Part shown: positions 12,991 to 24,054 of the stretch, piece after piece
How the letters are laid out: each line of letters starts with the position of its first letter
How positions within the stretch are numbered: position 1 is the stretch's first letter
Source of the DNA: Marsupella aquatica
Taxonomy: Eukaryota; Plantae; Marchantiophyta
Direction: 5' to 3'
Length of the DNA: 64,000 nucleotides
Assembly (NCBI GenBank): GCA_973895155.1
Contig: OZ316892.1
Location: forward strand, 4,672,510-4,736,509
The notes under the pieces: generated by a model
Seen by the model: the letters and a program-made list of their open reading frames with translations, nothing else
Told to the model about the DNA's origin: nothing
Databases searched by the model: none
Translations under genes and position numbers: made by a program

Positions 12991-15900
12991 TCATTCCAAA
13001 ATAAGAGATCCGTATTCATCAATAATCATGTCAGCACCAAGCTCCTGTTGGATTTCAAAATTGACATCTGAAGTACTTTGTTCTACCCAATAAGGAGAAG
13101 TCCAAACAGGAGTTATGAACCCCAATTCTCCCCTCTTATACTCCTCCTTATTGAGAATTGAAGGAGCAGCTTCCAATGATATTTCTTGGCCTCGATTTGG
13201 CCCACTTTTCCACACGTAACATCGTGCGTCGCGTTCCAATGACCTCCATCCAGTTGATCCAACTCTATTCCCTTTCTTTTTTGAGAACGGAAGGACAACA
13301 GGACTCCTCGAGTGTGAACGAACAAACACCAATTTGTCATCAGAAGCTGAAAAGAGTGTGTCAGGACAAGTTGAAGCACCTGCCTGGTTGTCAACAGCCG
13401 TTGATGCATTTCCTCCTGGATTGATGGGAATGTCAGGCAATCCGCCGGCTTCCCCACGAGTCAATTCGTTAGTTTCAGCTTCATTTGAATCTCCAAGCCT
13501 CGTTGCGCCTTCGTTGATCAGATTGGTTGAAGAAAGATGATCAAACATATCAACCCTTGCTCCTTCCAGTTGCTCCATCTGTCCTCCCGGCGTTGTTGGA
13601 TTGGGATCATCCTTGTCCAAGTTATCATCAACTTGAACTTCATGGGGCCCCGGAGGGATGTCATCTAAACCAGATGAACGGTTTGGTGCAAGTCCAATAT
13701 CATCATCTACATCGTAAGGCTCACCTTGACCAACACGGTCATCCAAATTTTTGACATATGCCTCGTCTGATGCCTCTACGCCTTTAGCCACTTTGTCAGC
13801 AACATCTTCAGACTCAGAACCGTCGGATTCAACAGCGACAGCTACAGCCGCAATAGTGGTAGCCCATTGTCGAGAATTTTCAGCAAGTGATTCACAATGG
13901 GCTTTAAGTGAGGGAACTCTCTCGCAAAGGTAGGAAGCAAAAGCTTCCACAAAATGCCTCTCGGACTGAGAGTCACAATAAACAAAGCATTCCCTATCGC
14001 AAAAAAATGATGTCTTCATGACTTGGCCACCGGAGAAAAAATCTAGAACCAAATCTCCCGGTTCTGATAAGGATTCAATAATCCTTCGGATCATCCGCGT
14101 GGGTTTGGCATGAGGATTAACCCATCCTCCGCGACTACCAACTGTCTCAAATCGAGGGGCCATATTCATAATCTTGACGGCCTCTTCCGGGTCCAAAACC
14201 ACTTTTAGGTCGTCGTTTTGTGTCCCCTCATCTGATTCCTTAGCTTTCCCCTTTCCCTTGTCGATCTTGCATACTTCATAATCAACATCCTTTGAAGTAT
14301 ACAAGAATTTTGGCTTTGGATAGTTGGGCTTGAAAACTTCATTCCAATTGACGTCTTCATCTCGAGAAATCCCTGCAAAGATAACTTCTTCAATCCCTCC
14401 ACCCCAACATGAGTCATGAGGGTGCGGTTGATCATCTCGTGAATAACTCCCATACTCAATGTGAATGGTCAAAGCTTTCTCTTGTCCCAATTTACGAAGG
14501 GCACCATGGACATTCAGTGCAAGTTGTCCAGGATGAACTGTTATCGTCACCACAATCGTGGGATTTTGTGGAAGCTCCACAATGTATTCAAAGAGAACAA
14601 GAATCTCTGCTTCAGTCCACTGTTTTTGTGGAAGCCGGCTAAAATCAACAATGGCAAGAGGGCAGGTCGGAGGAGCTTCTTGCAATGACTCTGGATCAAT
14701 GGTCTTCATGAGATTGTCGCTAAAAAATGTAACCCATGGTAGGGTCCGAGAACGTGATCCTCCGCCAAATCTCTGGCAGTATATATCATCTAGGCGGAAT
14801 ACCAATGCCGTCGGCAAGATTGCGCTCTCCCGCGTATGATTTGGCTTTAAAAGGTTGGCAAGATAGACCTCGCCAGCGGCTCTTCGACACCTGCTGAACT
14901 CTGAATCAATTGCTAGCGTAGGAAGAACTTCAACTACTTTCCCCCAATTAGTATTTGTCGGGAAATTCACCGCATCCTTGGTGCAATAGTAGTCTTCAAT
15001 AAGGGACTTGAGTTTCCGCACGATCTTCACATCTTTGGCCAACTCCTCTATAGATGGCATGTCTGATTTATTAGAGGCATCTTTCTTTAGCAATACCTTT
15101 CCTGACTTCACCCGCGTCAGTATTCTTGTGATGTCTCGTTGTGAGATCAACTCACCATCAAAACAACGAAACATGGCAACAGTAATTGCTTTTTCAGACT
15201 TCTCATTTCCTTCTACACCAGCTCCATCGGGAAGTTTCCCATCCAACCACAATTGGCATACCAAACTCCATAAATCAAAAAGAGCATTGTCGGCAAACAG
15301 TAACCAGTAGACATTACGACAATCTTTCCTTCCCATGGTCATTCTTGCAAGAGCCAACCAATCCTACAATTGCAAAGGAAAGTCTGTTAGTTCTCCATAA
15401 CTCAATTGTTTGAAAGCACTCAGGTGCGGACTGAGACCATCCCAGTCCAACACAGAAGTAGACAGTATCAGTGGAAATATTATATTGAATGTGCATGATT
15501 TAGTTTGGACTAGGACCATCCCAATCCAAAACAAAACTAGACGGTATCAGTGGAGAAATATTCTACTGAATGTGCATGAATCCATTTGGACTGGGACCAT
15601 CCCAGTCCAACACAAAACTAGACAATATCAGTGGAAATAGTCTATTGAATGTGCATGAATCCATTTGGACTGGGACCATCCCAGTCCAACACAAAACTAG
15701 ACGATATCAGTGGAAATATTCTACTGAATGTGAATGTATCCATTTGGACTCGGACCATCTCAATCCAAGGCAAACTTGAAGCTTTGTGGTCAAAGACTAC
15801 CATCTCAATTGTAATCACACATGGAGAGTCTACGGTATTGTGCCAATCAAGCAGTAACACTTCATACCTGAAATTTTTGATTGTCTTGAGCGTTTGTTTT

Positions 15901-18151
15901 GTTGTCCCCATGTTTTGGCCGGCTAGGTTTTCCACATTCCACAAATTGCCGCCTAGCATGAACGACTGTATCTTTGAAGCATGACTGAAACACCATCGTG
16001 CTATTGATAGCATTAGATCGCATTGAATGCTCAACTAATATTGATGATGGTGTTCGATGAGATAATATTCTTGACTTTCGAAATTCCAGCTTTTTTGCCA
16101 ATGCTGTTAGCTTGGCATCCTTGTTTGCCCATTCTCGAATCCATCTGGCTGCTCTGGCTGAATGTTGACCGCTAATGGCAAGGAATTGAACCTCCCCCTT
16201 TTTCACGGCTGCTACAAAGTCCCTCCTATCTGATTCCGTGTTGTCATATTGCATTAGGTTTCTATGTTTTGTAGTGTAAGGAATCAAGTCTGCTATGTGT
16301 GGTTCATGCCCCGGATTTCTTATCATGGAATTGGCCACCTCCTTTACATGGTCTGCATTCAACATTCTGTAACAGAGTCTTGCCGACGCAGGGAAAATAC
16401 TCTCTACGGGAATAGAAAATATCGAATTGATCCCAAACGTATAATATTGCTCCATTTGTTGTAGTACCTCATTACCTTCTAAGACCTTCTTCTCCTCAGG
16501 AGCGTCCAACTGCTCGTCCATATCTTGTGAATGCACTATCAGGTTTTCTGTAGTGTCATCCATGATGACACTGTCAATTTTCTGTTTCTTCTTTTGTCTT
16601 GGCCTCTTTTCACTTGCACTTGGCTTCTCAACCGGACGTTTCTTCTCAACTGGCTTCTCAACTTGGCTTCTCGTACTCGGCTTCTCAACTAGCTTCTGAA
16701 CTCGGCTTCTCGTACTCGGCTTCTCAACCAGCTTCTCAACTGGAAGTTTCTTTTCAACCGGAGGTTTCCTTTGGCTTTGTTTTTGTTTTCCCACTGCTCT
16801 TTGAGAGGTTGCTGCTGTAGTTCCCGCGGTCTCTGTTGTAGGTTCTGGAGCTTTCTCTGGCGCCTTCTCGGGCACAGGGTTTGTATTCACCGTTGGAAGG
16901 TTTCTCGTCTTTGACAAAGATTCTATCCATTGCTTTGCTTTGACTAAATCAAAGTTGGGATCAAATGCAACATCCTTATCAATTAAAACACCAGGCTCCT
17001 CTGACTCCAACGATAACAATCCAACTTTCTCAAGTAAATTGCTTAACGTCCAAGTAGTTGCAAAAGAGAAATTGCCTTGGTGCTTCATCATGTTGAGTTT
17101 CAAATATTGAAACCCATACATAATGTCTACTGGAAGCATACCAGTTACCCCGATGACCAACTTCTTTGTGTCATATGTCTTTGGAAAAAATCCCATTGAC
17201 AAAACGCTCAATTCACCACTTGCGTGCCATTCGACATTGAATTCTGAGGAGTATGCCTTTGACATAAGGTTAACTTTAACCCAGCATGACCTATCGTGCA
17301 TCTCCAGAATGACCGAATTCATCCCTCTCCCTCCAATGCCAACAGAGACCACAGGTCCGCAAACCAAAGTCAGGCTATCATTTGCTCTGCACTTTAAGGT
17401 CAAAACAGGTTCAATCGTGCTTGATGGCACTTCATTATTAAGCGGGGTTCTTGAGAACTCAAGCCCCCATCGGAAGCCTGGGGATCTCTCATCTAGTAAG
17501 AATCCGTCCCGGCAGTCGGTCGGTGCAATCGCGGGTTTGAAACCAACAAGATCGCTCCCTGCATCATAAAAACATCATCCATGTTAGACTTATTAAGTTT
17601 AAAACATTTGAATAACTCTTGTTGGATTAGGATGGTCCTAGTCCAACTTGAGATGGTTTTAGTCTTGCTCCTACAATCGAGATTCAATCTCCTGGATGGA
17701 TTAGGATCATCCGAGTCCAAGTTTGGATTGGGATCATCCGAGTCCACGTTTGAATTAGGATCATCTGAGTCCAAGTTCGGATTGGGATGGTCCGAGTCCA
17801 ACTTTGGATTGGGATCATCCGAGTCCAACTTTGGACTGGGATCATCCGAGTCCAACTTTGGATTGGGATCATCCGAGTCCATGTTTGGATTAGGATCATC
17901 TGAGTCCAAGTTCGGATTGGGATGGTCCGAGTCCAAGTTTGGATTGGGATCATCCGAGTCCAACTTTGGACTCGGATGGTCCCAGTCCTCTAAGACTTAG
18001 GGAGGATAGGTGATGGATACTTACTAGGGATTCTTGATTGAAATTGTTTGGAGTCTTCAAGTGCCAGTTCTACACTGTCGCTCATAGAGGAGAGGTCAAA
18101 CTCCTCTGTTGCTTCCACGGAGGACTTCACAAGGACGCGATTCGCTTCCAT
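12991..18151 (-). CDS. Transposon cargo protein: ParB/Srx-like domain plus DNA N6-adenine/N4-cytosine methyltransferase-like domain
   Basis: Predicted exons 18151-18025, 17558-15868 and 15363-12991, all GT-AG, phase-compatible and stop-free (~1396 aa). ParB-like: IPVESI...RMLNADHVKEVANSM...FLAISGQHS. MTase-like: NPHAKPTRMIRRIIESLSEPGDLVLDFFSGG (14119-14024), resembling HPTQKP...GDLVLDPFxGSG of beta-class amino-MTases. The DPPY-type motif is degenerate. Confidence 0.78.
15428..15770. repeat. ~78-bp tandem repeat inside intron 2 of the ParB-MTase gene
   Basis: 4-5 copies of TTTGGACTGGGACCATCCCAGTCCAACACAAAACTAGAC...ATCAGTGGAAATA...GAATGTGCATGAA; the core is the reverse complement of the 27-bp unit at 17690 and 19210. 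Confidence 0.9.
17690..17990. repeat. 27-bp tandem repeat inside intron 1 of the ParB-MTase gene
   Basis: About 10 copies of TTGGATTGGGATCATCCGAGTCCAAGT / TTGGATTGGGATGGTCCGAGTCCAACT. Confidence 0.95.
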
Positions 18152-18660
18152 CTTTCTGACACGTGGCAGAGTGACACGTGGCTTCTTAGCAGGCGTCCGA
18201 TTTAGGGCAATGAAAAAGAATGGAGGTGGAGGCGGAAGGCAGAGGCGGGGAGGCGGAGAGAGAGCGGAGAGCAAAGAGCGAGGAGAGCGAGCGAGTGAAG
18301 GCAAAGAGCAGAGAGCGGAGGCGGAGAGTGGAGAGCGTGAGCAGAGTGAGGAGCGAAAGAGTGAGAATGAGAATGAGGTCCTGGCTGGACCTCTCCGTCC
18401 CTTTACCCCCTCCTGCCTCACCCCGGCCTGCGTACGGCCGGTTGCCTCCTTCTCCTACGTACGGCCTGATAGTGCGTACGGCTTGCTCCTGCGTACGGCC
18501 CGTTGCCCGCACCCTACATACGGGCCTCCTTCCTTGATGTCCTGCCTACCTAACAGCCTTGCACGGTAGTCCCCGCGCAATTAGGCTCGTGAAGATAAGG
18601 TGTGCCGCAAGCTAAGGTGAAGGGGTACTCAACCCTTATCTTCACGCGATTTCCGTTTGA
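18152..18660. promoter_or_regulatory. Putative bidirectional promoter region between the cargo gene and the transposase
   Basis: GC-rich stretch between divergent genes, with a GA-rich tract, repeated CGTACGG motifs (18430-18525) and a 13-bp inverted repeat CGTGAAGATAAGG/CCTTATCTTCACG (18588-18600, 18634-18646). Function inferred from position. Confidence 0.45.
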
Positions 18661-19209
18661 GCCGACTCGAGCAAAGGGTATATTTCGGGAGACGCCCACT
18701 TCGGAGCTCATTCTTGTTCTAGTTTCCCAAATCTAAGCTCCATGTAATCCGGAGTTTCTCTTAAAGTGTTATGTATTGAGCCACTTACCTTCAATGGGTC
18801 AGCTTAGCCAGCTTCTTGACTTTTGGGGTCCTCTCAGTTTATCTTTTACAGACATGTGTGGTTTAGGGTTCAGTTTGTTTTTTACTCCCAAGATTTAGTG
18901 GCATATAGCTTGTATTTCAGGGTTCTGGGAAAGTTTTTACCAATCTACAGACAACAATGTATCCCCCTTGGATGTGATATTCATATTCTACCAGATCTTA
19001 ATACTAAGGTGAGTATAAGGTTAACACATTCAAATATAAGGCTAGGTTTCATTATTTCATGAAACTGTATGTAGACATTAGGGTCTACCTTAAGACCACG
19101 CAAACTTTAGGCTACACCATATAGGGAGATCCGTAAAATACGGAGTCTTCCTAAATTTGGAATTTTCTTAGCTTAAAATGTTTGAAGTTTATCTCCCGTT
19201 ACATTATGG

Positions 19210-19980
19210 GTTGGTCTAGGATGGTCCTAGTCCAAGTTTGGATTCAGATGTGGACTAGGATCATCCGAGTCCAACTTTGCATTGGGATCATCCGAGTCCA
19301 ACTTTGGATTGGGATGGTCCGAGTCCAAGTTTAAACTTGGATGGTCCAAGTCCTAGTTTGGATTGGGATGGTCCGAGTCCAAGTTTGGACTTGGATGGTC
19401 CAAGTCCTAGTTTGGATTGGGATGGTCCGAGTCCAAGTTTGGATTAGGATGGTTCAAGTCCAACTTTGGATTGGGATGGTCCGAGTCCAAGTTTGGACTT
19501 GGATGGTCCAAGTCCTAGTTTGGATTGGGATGGTCCGAGTCCAACTTTGGATTAGGATGGTCCGAGTCCAACTTTGGATTGGGATGGTCCGAGTCCAAGT
19601 TTGGACTTGGATGGTCCGAGTCCAAGTTTGGATTGGGATGGTCCGAGTCCAAGTTTGGATTGGGATGGTCCCAGTCCAAATCCAGAATCGGAGGATCGTA
19701 CTCCAAATCTAGACTCGGAGGATTCCAGTCCAAATCCGGACTCGGATGGTCCCAATCCAAATCCATAATCGGAGGATCGTAGTCCAAATCTAGACTCAGA
19801 GGATTGCAGTCCAAATCCGGACTTGGATGGTCCCGGTCAAAATCCGGACTCGGATGGTCCTAGTCCAAATCCAGAATCAGAGGATCGTAGTCCAAATCCG
19901 GACTTGGATGGTCCCGGTCCAAATCCGGAATTGAAGGATCGTAGTCCAAATCCAGACTTTGAGGATCGCAGTCTGAATCA
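19210..19980. repeat. Tandem array of the same 27-bp family (21/27-bp variants) upstream of the transposase, probably in a 5' UTR intron
   Basis: Many copies of TTGGATTGGGATGGTCCGAGTCCAAGT grading into GGAGGATCGTAGTCCAAATCCGGAC variants; splice acceptor TTTTCAGTGTGCAG ending at 20025. Confidence 0.93.
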
Positions 19981-20040
19981 AAATTTGCATGACTTTGGTT
20001 GTAATCCATTTTTTTCAGTGTGCAGGATAATAGGAAAAGG

Positions 20041-23000
20041 ATGTCTCAAAGGTTTTCTAGGGGCGATGATGTGACCTTGACAATGGATGGTTACGACGTT
20101 GGAAATGGGACAGTTCAAAAGACAGATCCGCAAGAGAGTGTTCAAAATATTGTGCTGGGAGAGAATCGAATTGGGGTTCTCATTGAGAAGGCCTTTGGTG
20201 AGACCAGGAAGCTCCCTTTTCCAATGCCTAGGGCGGAAAATCTTCATGATGCCATTGACTCATGTGTCATTTGGGATATGTCATGTGCATATCGATCTGC
20301 GGATAAGATTACTCAAAAACGCATCAGTATTGGTAGTTGTTCGACTCGAAAAGATAACAACATCCATAATTCTGCAAATGTACAGGAGGATGCTTCGACC
20401 ACCCTAAGGCCAGGTGATGAGGTTGAAATGTTTATCTCTGGCCATTGTGTGGCCTTTGGAGTTGTTTTCAACACTGATCCAATGGAGAGATGTCATAACA
20501 TATTACTCGGTGAGTCTCGGGTTAGTGTAAAAATCACAGATGTGATTCATGGTAGTAAGACTTTACCTTACGCACATGGTGGAGCTGCAACAATTGAAGA
20601 GGCAAAGGGCTCCTGGGTTCTATGGGATGTGGCTGACGTCCACAATAAAGTATGGAATGTTGATATCGATGGGAGCAACAAATCTTCCTCTAAGAAGCAG
20701 AAGGACAAGGCGGATTTTGTTTCACAGTCTTGTTCGGCAAACACCACAGACACTAAGTGTGACTATTTTCATCGGGCAAACTGGATGTCAGAGTTGGTTG
20801 AACTCTACACTGGTTTGGATCGAACCAAAATGGTTGCCACGGGAACGATCACTGTCCCTCAAGTGATGGCGGCAGTTGATGATGAAATTCTTGGTGATGA
20901 CCATGTTGGGATTGCTGTGAAAGATGTCGTGGCAGCACAATACTTTCCCAACATCCACAAGGGAGTAGTGAGTTTGATTCGATGGCGGATTGATTCAACA
21001 AAACTAGTTGCAAATGGAAAATTTTTGTCAGATATTTTGGTGGAAGGTTCTGAAAGGATGGACTCAATGGATAGGGATGAACTCAATGCGGATGTAAGTG
21101 ATAGAGGAGTACTGCGTTCAAGGCCCTACAATTTTAACAAGAGGAATCAAGTAGATCCAAATGAAAAGAAGAGGAGGTTGTTGGAAACCAAGGCAATTTC
21201 AAAAACAACAGAGGCGTCAATTGATGACGTGAAAAGAGAAAATTGTTGCAAGCAAAAATGTTGTCTCATTATGCCAAGGGAAAACATCGAAGATATTAGG
21301 ATGGAATTTCATGGGATGTCAAGCGAGTCAAAAACGTCACACATTTTCAACCTCTTTCACTATAGAGAGGATGATGTTCGTGATAAGGGACACCATGTTC
21401 TTAAGGGTATGGTCGTATGCAGACATGCATTTGCAATTATCCACGGTTTTAGCCACACCAAATATTATGATTACAAAAGGAGATATGTGGAGGGTTGCAA
21501 AATTGGGTTCCATGGCAATACGGGCTTGATGAAAACAAGGGCAAATACCTTGCATGCACGAGCTCTGTTGGAGGCTTTTTTGACTCGAAATGCAGAGCCC
21601 ATGCCTCATATGCCTTATGGAGGGGCACATGGGACAGACTCTATTGAGTACCGTCTTCCGGCGTGTTACAAAAAGCTAGAGATTCTGGAAGATGTGAGAA
21701 CAAAGATGAAGGAAGAAGGGCTTCCTCCTGTCACAGAGAATACTCTCTACAAGATCTGGAGTAACTCATTTGCAAACTTCAGTTTTCATAAAGATGGTGC
21801 ATTTGCCAAGTGTACTCTTTGTTGTGAATACAAAGACAGTTTGATGCGAGAAAGAAGGAAAAAAGAACGTGCTGAAATTGAAGAAAAACGAGCGCAACAT
21901 CTTCGTGAGCAAATGTCACGTAGATATGTTTACTACGCTCATCGAGTGATGGCCAAACAACACCCAGGAGAATATCTTTGCATTATTCACGACAAGATGG
22001 ATCAAGCAAAGACATGGATTCCAAAAATGGTTAGTACTCCTAAATCTCTTTCGGGTCATGGAATGCCGCTACCTATTGCTCTCACAGGGATGTTGACCCA
22101 CGGGAGGGATCCAGGAGTTTATGCACACTTTAGTGTCACTGGCCTTTGGCCAGGAGATGCCGATTTCACGGTGACATCCTTGGCTAAGTGTCTTCGAGAC
22201 CTTGAAGAGTACAATGGAGACAAGACAGGTGACATGTTGGATGGCCTTCATTGGGAACCTCATAGACCTTTCTTTCAAGCCCTACTTGACTTTGAAGCAT
22301 TTTTGACGGGTTATTTGGAACCAAAGAATATACCGGTGAATAGGTATATTGGTTCTGAAGATGGAGCTGAGAGTCGGACTGAGACCGTCCCAAACCAGCA
22401 AGATGAGGATGATGGAGAAGACATGCAAGGAGAGCAAGGCAGTCCATCGTTCAAGCCCTTGCCAAGGCACCTAACATTGCAGATGGATAATTCAGCAAAG
22501 GACAACAAAAACCAGACTGTCATGGCATTTTGTAGCGAGCTTGTGAGTAGAGGAGTATTTGAAACTGTTCAAATGTCTTTTCTAATGGTTGGTCATACGC
22601 ATGAAGATGTTGATGCACTCTTTTCAAAGGTATCATATCAAGTTCAGCACAAAGAAGTTGCAACCCTCCTTGCTCTTATGGCAGAGGTATGGGAATGCGA
22701 GAGCATTCATCCAGTTCCCAGATTGATACAAGAAGTTGCATCTTACAAAGAATATCTTCAAACTTTCAAGGTGAAAGATATTCAAGGTCACTCAAAACCT
22801 GTATCATTTCTTTTCTCTATGAGAGATAATGTACCAATATTTCAGTATAAGTCCCATGTAAAGCAAGCTTGGGCTCCACTTGGTGGAAGGTGCATTTGGG
22901 CAACAGATCTGACAACAAATTCTCTTCTTTTACCAAGTGGAGAGCCCTTAGCTAAATCCATTGGAGAGATACACAAAAAATCTGAAGAGATTATCCCATT

Positions 23001-23802
23001 TCTTAACAAGTACCTTGATTTTTTGAGAAGGAGTTGCACTGATGAGACATCTATAGCATATAAGGAAAGATTTCCTCTTGTGAAATATTGGGAGAGAATT
23101 GTGGAGTTGTTGACAAATGGGCTCGCACTAGAAGGGGAGGGAAGTACTCAATTTCCCTTGGAAAACAGATTTTGGCCTAAGACTAACCACGGCACTGGTT
23201 ACAAGGTCAACCAACCGGAACAAAGTGGTCCTCCAAGTGAAGATGAGGAGAATGCAGAGATGACGGCTCTTCAAAATGAGGTCTTGGAAGAGATGGAAGA
23301 TCAGGCAGCACCATTTGTTGGATCTCGAGCTGAGAGAGAACAAGGACGATGGATTCCTTTACAAGATATTTGTGAAGGAAACTTTGTATTTCTTCGACCC
23401 GAGGATGACTGGGAGAATAAAAATGGTGGAGGTCATTTCTGGTTGGTGAGAGCTTTGGGTTTGGTGGACCCAAAGCATGAAGTCCCAACTACATCTTCAA
23501 CAAACCCTTCTCTGCCTCGACAGTACGCTCCAATGTTCCCAGTTGAATGGTGGAGGCCTAAACACTCTAGTAAACTTGATGTGACTGAGAGTGCGCGGTA
23601 TCTAAATTGTTTCATGTCCACTAAGACATGGGAACGAGATCCAGGGTTTGGTGAGAATACTCAACATTGGCAGTATGCAAATTCTGCAATGTATGGTTTT
23701 AAATCTGGAATGAAAGAAGAAAACATGGCAGGCAGAGGTTTGAAGATCCCTCGAAATGTTCTACAAACTGTCCAAAATTATCTTCAAAGGATGGACAAGT
23801 AG
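20041..23802 (+). CDS. Intact Sola/DUF7869-type DDD transposase with three N-terminal repeated domains
   Basis: Uninterrupted ~1253-aa ORF. CCKQKCC, VCRHAF, CTLC..H, IIHDKMDQ, LQMDNSAKDNKN and VGHTHEDVDALFS match the motifs of the pseudogene at 1493-4953. N-terminal repeats (G.V..DP....LGE...V......LP......A....V.W) resemble the En/Spm TnpA-type (DUF8039-like) domain. Confidence 0.92.
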   Translation: MSQRFSRGDDVTLTMDGYDVGNGTVQKTDPQESVQNIVLGENRIGVLIEKAFGETRKLPFPMPRAENLHDAIDSCVIWDMSCAYRSADKITQKRISIGSCSTRKDNNIHNSANVQEDASTTLRPGDEVEMFISGHCVAFGVVFNTDPMERCHNILLGESRVSVKITDVIHGSKTLPYAHGGAATIEEAKGSWVLWDVADVHNKVWNVDIDGSNKSSSKKQKDKADFVSQSCSANTTDTKCDYFHRANWMSELVELYTGLDRTKMVATGTITVPQVMAAVDDEILGDDHVGIAVKDVVAAQYFPNIHKGVVSLIRWRIDSTKLVANGKFLSDILVEGSERMDSMDRDELNADVSDRGVLRSRPYNFNKRNQVDPNEKKRRLLETKAISKTTEASIDDVKRENCCKQKCCLIMPRENIEDIRMEFHGMSSESKTSHIFNLFHYREDDVRDKGHHVLKGMVVCRHAFAIIHGFSHTKYYDYKRRYVEGCKIGFHGNTGLMKTRANTLHARALLEAFLTRNAEPMPHMPYGGAHGTDSIEYRLPACYKKLEILEDVRTKMKEEGLPPVTENTLYKIWSNSFANFSFHKDGAFAKCTLCCEYKDSLMRERRKKERAEIEEKRAQHLREQMSRRYVYYAHRVMAKQHPGEYLCIIHDKMDQAKTWIPKMVSTPKSLSGHGMPLPIALTGMLTHGRDPGVYAHFSVTGLWPGDADFTVTSLAKCLRDLEEYNGDKTGDMLDGLHWEPHRPFFQALLDFEAFLTGYLEPKNIPVNRYIGSEDGAESRTETVPNQQDEDDGEDMQGEQGSPSFKPLPRHLTLQMDNSAKDNKNQTVMAFCSELVSRGVFETVQMSFLMVGHTHEDVDALFSKVSYQVQHKEVATLLALMAEVWECESIHPVPRLIQEVASYKEYLQTFKVKDIQGHSKPVSFLFSMRDNVPIFQYKSHVKQAWAPLGGRCIWATDLTTNSLLLPSGEPLAKSIGEIHKKSEEIIPFLNKYLDFLRRSCTDETSIAYKERFPLVKYWERIVELLTNGLALEGEGSTQFPLENRFWPKTNHGTGYKVNQPEQSGPPSEDEENAEMTALQNEVLEEMEDQAAPFVGSRAEREQGRWIPLQDICEGNFVFLRPEDDWENKNGGGHFWLVRALGLVDPKHEVPTTSSTNPSLPRQYAPMFPVEWWRPKHSSKLDVTESARYLNCFMSTKTWERDPGFGENTQHWQYANSAMYGFKSGMKEENMAGRGLKIPRNVLQTVQNYLQRMDK

Positions 23803-24054
23803 ACTTAGTTGTTAGAAGCTATAATAATTAAATAGATAGTTACTAGTTTTTATGTAACTAAGATAGTCACTCATTCAAACATAGTAATTTATGTACTAGT
23901 TATTTACTATTCTAATAGTTTTAATGTGATACTATCTCCTCATTTTCTAAACTTTTGATCATTATAAATATGAATGTTTGCTTTTTCTACATAATTAAAA
24001 ATGTTTTTCTATTCATTCCTTTCTTTTAAATGATTATAATAAGAGTTGGTAGGC

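Noticed and set aside
12991-17430. Bacterial/phage contamination as the source of the ParB-MTase ORFs
   Set aside because: The gene has spliceosomal GT-AG introns and lies within TIRs and a TSD inserted in a eukaryotic gene.
17493-20074. Repetitive ORFs (DSDDPNPNL, GLGWSESKF, WIGMVRVQV) on both strands
   Set aside because: Translations of the 27-bp tandem arrays, which lie in predicted introns/UTR; open in several frames simply because the unit is a multiple of 3.
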